From the NCBI GenBank assembly GCA_051942165.1, contig JAVECS010000006.1, positions 1 through 58,124 of the forward strand: DNA of 58,124 nucleotides, in the 5' to 3' direction. The translations under genes were made by a program, and so were the position numbers. The stretch's first letter is position 1. The number at the start of each line of letters is the position of its first letter. Under the pieces are notes generated by a model. The model made no database searches. It had not been told where the DNA came from and saw nothing but the letters and a program-made list of their open reading frames with translations. Source of the DNA: Circinaria calcarea (taxonomy: Eukaryota). Shown piece after piece: positions 54,144 to 58,124 of this stretch.

Positions 54144-56216
54144 ATGGTCCAAAGACGTGCACAACAACAACCAGAGGCGCGCTTCACGTCGTCACGGGAT
54201 GATCGTGAAATGGGGGGGTATAAAAGAGATTATAGCGGAGAGGAATACCCGATTGCTATTCAACTACCAGTCACGATTGGAGTAGGCGCACGGAGAAAGA
54301 GGAATCGTTACATGACCGGCGTACCAGCAACTGCTCTCCTACTCCTGGCAGCGTCGATACCTGTCGTGTCTGCACAGGCCTGTATATCGCTCTCAGGGTC
54401 TACACAATGCCCGGCCTTTAATACATCGTCCATTTCTACAGATTCCACTCTTAGCTCGTTCTTGTGAGTCGACCTTTACGGGACTAACACTCCATCAGCT
54501 AACCTTCTATAGCCCTTTCCTCTCCTTTGTCTCAAATACACAAGAATTCGACGAGCGACTTAGCCAGTATATCACGTCGAATTACGTTCAATTGAAGTAT
54601 GTTACACCAATCCATGAGAAGCCTAGAAGCGAGCAAGCTAAGTTGTTTATCAGGTATCAGCAATTACTCGGCTGCAATAATGTTACTCTCACCAACACTA
54701 CCGCCTATTACGCACGCTATACCGCTAGTATGATATGTAATTCTATTGTTCAAAATTCGATAGAGCCCTGCTCTTTGTCCGCTGCAGATTCTCGCCCACT
54801 GTGCGCGGATTCCTGTGTAGGTAAACGTATCCGAAGCTCTGTCAGTCTACTAATGGTGTGTAGGCTCAGCAAGCAATTAGCGAAGAGCGTATAACCGTTA
54901 ATCCCGAACTGTGTGGAACGCCGAATCAAAACTTCTTGACGCAAATACGGGCCGATTTTACCAACTGCGCATTACCGGCAGACTCTTTGAGTGGATCATG
55001 TATTACAGGTGAACAGAATGAGCCCAATGAATGCGGTTTCTCGACCAATATGCAAGGTCTTTGCAGTTATTGCGCATCCAGCTCCCCAAATGCTACAGAT
55101 TCTTGTTGCATTGGCTCAAACGCCACCGGCCGCTGCATTGGCGTTACGCTACCTCCCCTTGTGTCCATGCCCCCACTTTTCCCGTCCTCGACTTCGGCCT
55201 CGACAGCGTCAACACCGTCAGCGACAAACGGTAATTCAACTGCAGGAGGGGCCGGCGGTCCTCCTAACCTGTCTGGCGGTCAGATCGCAGGCATCGTGAT
55301 TGGATCTGTCCTGGGGGCGGCATTTCTGCTTGCATTGTTGTTCCTGTGCTGCATTTATCTCCGAAGACGGCGGAGGACTACTCCTCACGGCAGTATCTTC
55401 AATCAGCCTTCTCCAAAGCGTGGAGTGCAGCCTCAAATGTCTTCCGTCCGAGATCCAGGACAGGTAGTGCCTGGCGGTCGGGTTGCGAGGATGTCAGCAT
55501 TGGAAGGCACCTCTAGTAGTGATCCGCAGTATGTTAACCCGGTGCTGGCTGCAGAGAGACGCCGGCTCGGGGAAACATCGGACTCGGACTTGTACGGCGA
55601 CAGTCCAGGCTCTCGCGGTAGAGGAGCGCCTCCGGCTACAGGAAGACGGAATGGATCACTTTCAAGTAACTCTGTCTTCGGCGGAGGCGTTGACAACGGA
55701 ACTTCTCCAGTTTCTGGAAGTGGAGCTCAGTTCTCCTCGCCGGATGGTATAGGTAGCGGGCAGTCCGAACAGTTAATGTCGTTTAAAGATTATTATTCGC
55801 CGGATGAGATTCATCCCAACGATAAGGTTGCTACTCTGTGGGCATATCAACCTCGAGCAGGTGACGAATTCGAGCTTGAAAGAGGCGATATGCTCAAGGT
55901 CGTAGGCATCTGGGATGATGGATGGGCTACAGGCGTGCGCATCAATGATCGTGCGGAAGACTATGATCCGAAGCGCAAAGAACTGAGGGATAGCGGTGTC
56001 TCAAATGGCACCGGCAGGAGGGAGTCCTCTCCTCCGCCCATGGGGGAGATCAAAGCTTTTCCAGTAAGTAATAGAACTGTAAACCTCAGCGCATCTATGC
56101 TAACGTTTGTCCAGCTTGTCTGTGTATGTTTGCCGGAGCATTGGAAGAAGACTGTTGAGGGTGAAGGCTCGCAAGAAGGCGGACCAGGCGGGCCACCGTC
56201 CGGTCACGGTCTTTGA
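54144..56216 (+). CDS. Mirror copy: Cys-rich/TM/SH3 protein
   Basis: Reverse complement of 1909-3981. Confidence 0.85.
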
Positions 56217-57246
56217 TGAGGTCATTCCTCTATCAGACATACCTTATGACCTTACGAATGGCGTTATGGGGCATAATTGCACTTCGGCGGCGTTGGCGGC
56301 GGTCAGCCCAGATCGGCGTATCTCACCCGGACTATTCGGCATCGAGGTGTTGAGGACGGGACGACTTATATAATGTACAGACTTGCACATAATATAATAC
56401 CTTATAATTACGGAACTCGACAACTTGTGGATGGCAAGAGACTTGATGGGGACAATGGTGGTACTATATTTCTTAGAGGAAAGCAGCGTCTCTCCAGTTC
56501 TGAATATTCTATACCCCTTTAGCTAGTTTGCGCTTTTCGCACGTTATTGTGTGCAAGTCGAAACCATTCGATATCTCTTCTGTGTACCGGTTAGACGGCG
56601 GATGAACGAGAGATTAGAGGATTCGTGGTTATTTGATATGTCACTACTTCCAACAAGGCACTCGCATATGCTACCCCTGAGACCCTAAGGATTCCTGTAA
56701 GATTTACCAAGCCCAATACAGATTTTGCCCAAATCTCCAACCGCAGTTGCTTTTGTAGTTTGGACGATGCTTGTAGTCTGCCACATGATATCATTGAGTC
56801 TTGGAAAATCTGAAGAAGACCTATCGTATGTACAGTAGCTTATCAAGCTAGTCTTGTGGAAGGGCATCAGGTAGCTGGACATTCCAGCTGGACATTCTGT
56901 TGATTGCTAATTGTTGTTGGTAAGCTGGCGATGCCTTAGTTTCGCGACCGCAGAAAGTGCATCATGAGATGAGATTACCAAAGTTACTCGGTATTGCATA
57001 CGGAGTACGGCTTTAAGTCATCGGATATAGGACGGGTTTAACGAACGGACCTTTGTCGCTTAAAACCGCGACTGTTGTTGATTGTACCGTGATCTACCAA
57101 TGACCTCATCAGGCAAATTACTGTTGTGAAATAAGGTATAAAGATGTCCGTCCCTTGCAGAAGAACTGCAATTCCCTTCTCCATTCCACATCTCTAAGTA
57201 CGAGTGACTGTATTTGCGAGCTCAATAGTACTACCAACTAACTGCC

Positions 57247-58124
57247 ATGGCTTTTCCACCACCTCCAGAACCCAAGTCCCGGCTTGACAGGCACAGGCTG
57301 CTCTCGCCATCCGCGGCTGTAAAGGTTTCCCCATTATGTCTGGGAGCTATGAATTTTGGGACTTCATGGTATAAAGCTAGTACTCTGGGTTAAACATCAA
57401 ACGTCCATGCTAACGAGCCATGTTCCGTCCAGGGAGAAAATGATGGGTACCTGTACCAAGGAGACGGCTTTTGAAATGATGGACTTCTTCAAATCCCAGG
57501 GCGGAAACTTCATTGACACCGCGAACAACTACCAGAATGAAGAGTCGGAAACTTGGATTGGAGAGTGGATGAAGGAGAGGGAATGTCGAGACCAGATGGT
57601 CATCGCTACCAAATTCTCGACCGGTTACATTGCTTACAAGGGACATGATAACATTATCCATTCCAATTACACAGGCAATGGAAGCAAAAGCTTGAGACTA
57701 AGCGTGGAAGCTAGTTTGAAGAAACTGCAGACCGAGTACATCGATATACTTTACCTGCACTGGTGGGATTTCACCGCGAGCATCGAGGAGCTGATGCAGA
57801 GCCTTAATGCACTGGTGCTGGCAGGCAAGGTGATCTACCTCGGTGTCAGCGACACGCCGGCATGGATTGTCAGCAAGGCAAACCAGTACGCGAGAGATCA
57901 TTGTCTCCGGCAATTCGTGGTCTATCAAGGCAGGTGGAATGCTGCGCGCAGGGATTTCGAAAGAGACATCATCCCCATGTGTCAGGCGGAAGGCATGGGC
58001 TTAGCTCCGTGGGGTGCTCTGGGTGGGGGTCAATTCAAGTCCGAAGAGCAGAGGAAGAAGGAAGAGGGGAGGAACTTTGGGCCGCCGAGTGAAAACGACC
58101 TGAAGGTCAGCAAGGCCCTGGAGG
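57247..58124 (+). CDS. Mirror copy: aryl-alcohol dehydrogenase-type aldo-keto reductase (partial)
   Basis: Reverse complement of 1-878; intron 57369-57432. Confidence 0.9.

Overview
Filamentous-ascomycete (Pezizomycotina) nuclear DNA with short GT-AG introns. The window is one spacer-less palindrome: bases 29063-58124 are the reverse complement of 1-29062 (x maps to 58125-x), so only ~29 kb is unique. The fold point lies inside an intron of a truncated PTH11-like receptor gene, which favours an assembly or library fold-back artefact. Unique genes in order: aryl-alcohol dehydrogenase-type aldo-keto reductase (partial), Cys-rich/TM/SH3 protein, MDV1, ARO7, BCP1, GUA1, DUF829 hydrolase, GH5 exo-1,3-beta-glucanase, tRNA-Leu(CAG), GH76, a decayed TET/JBP-like dioxygenase, two hypothetical proteins (one hosting an intronic box C/D snoRNA) and the 3' part of the PTH11-like gene. 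The most striking observation is the tRNA-Leu(CAG) gene. Besides a normal 37/38 tRNA intron, it carries a 54-nt spliceosomal-type intron (GTATGT...TTAAC...TAG) in the anticodon stem, and its exact removal restores the cloverleaf. A MITE-like element and an unexplained structured, possibly spliced ncRNA also occur. All calls are by eye; no searches were run.
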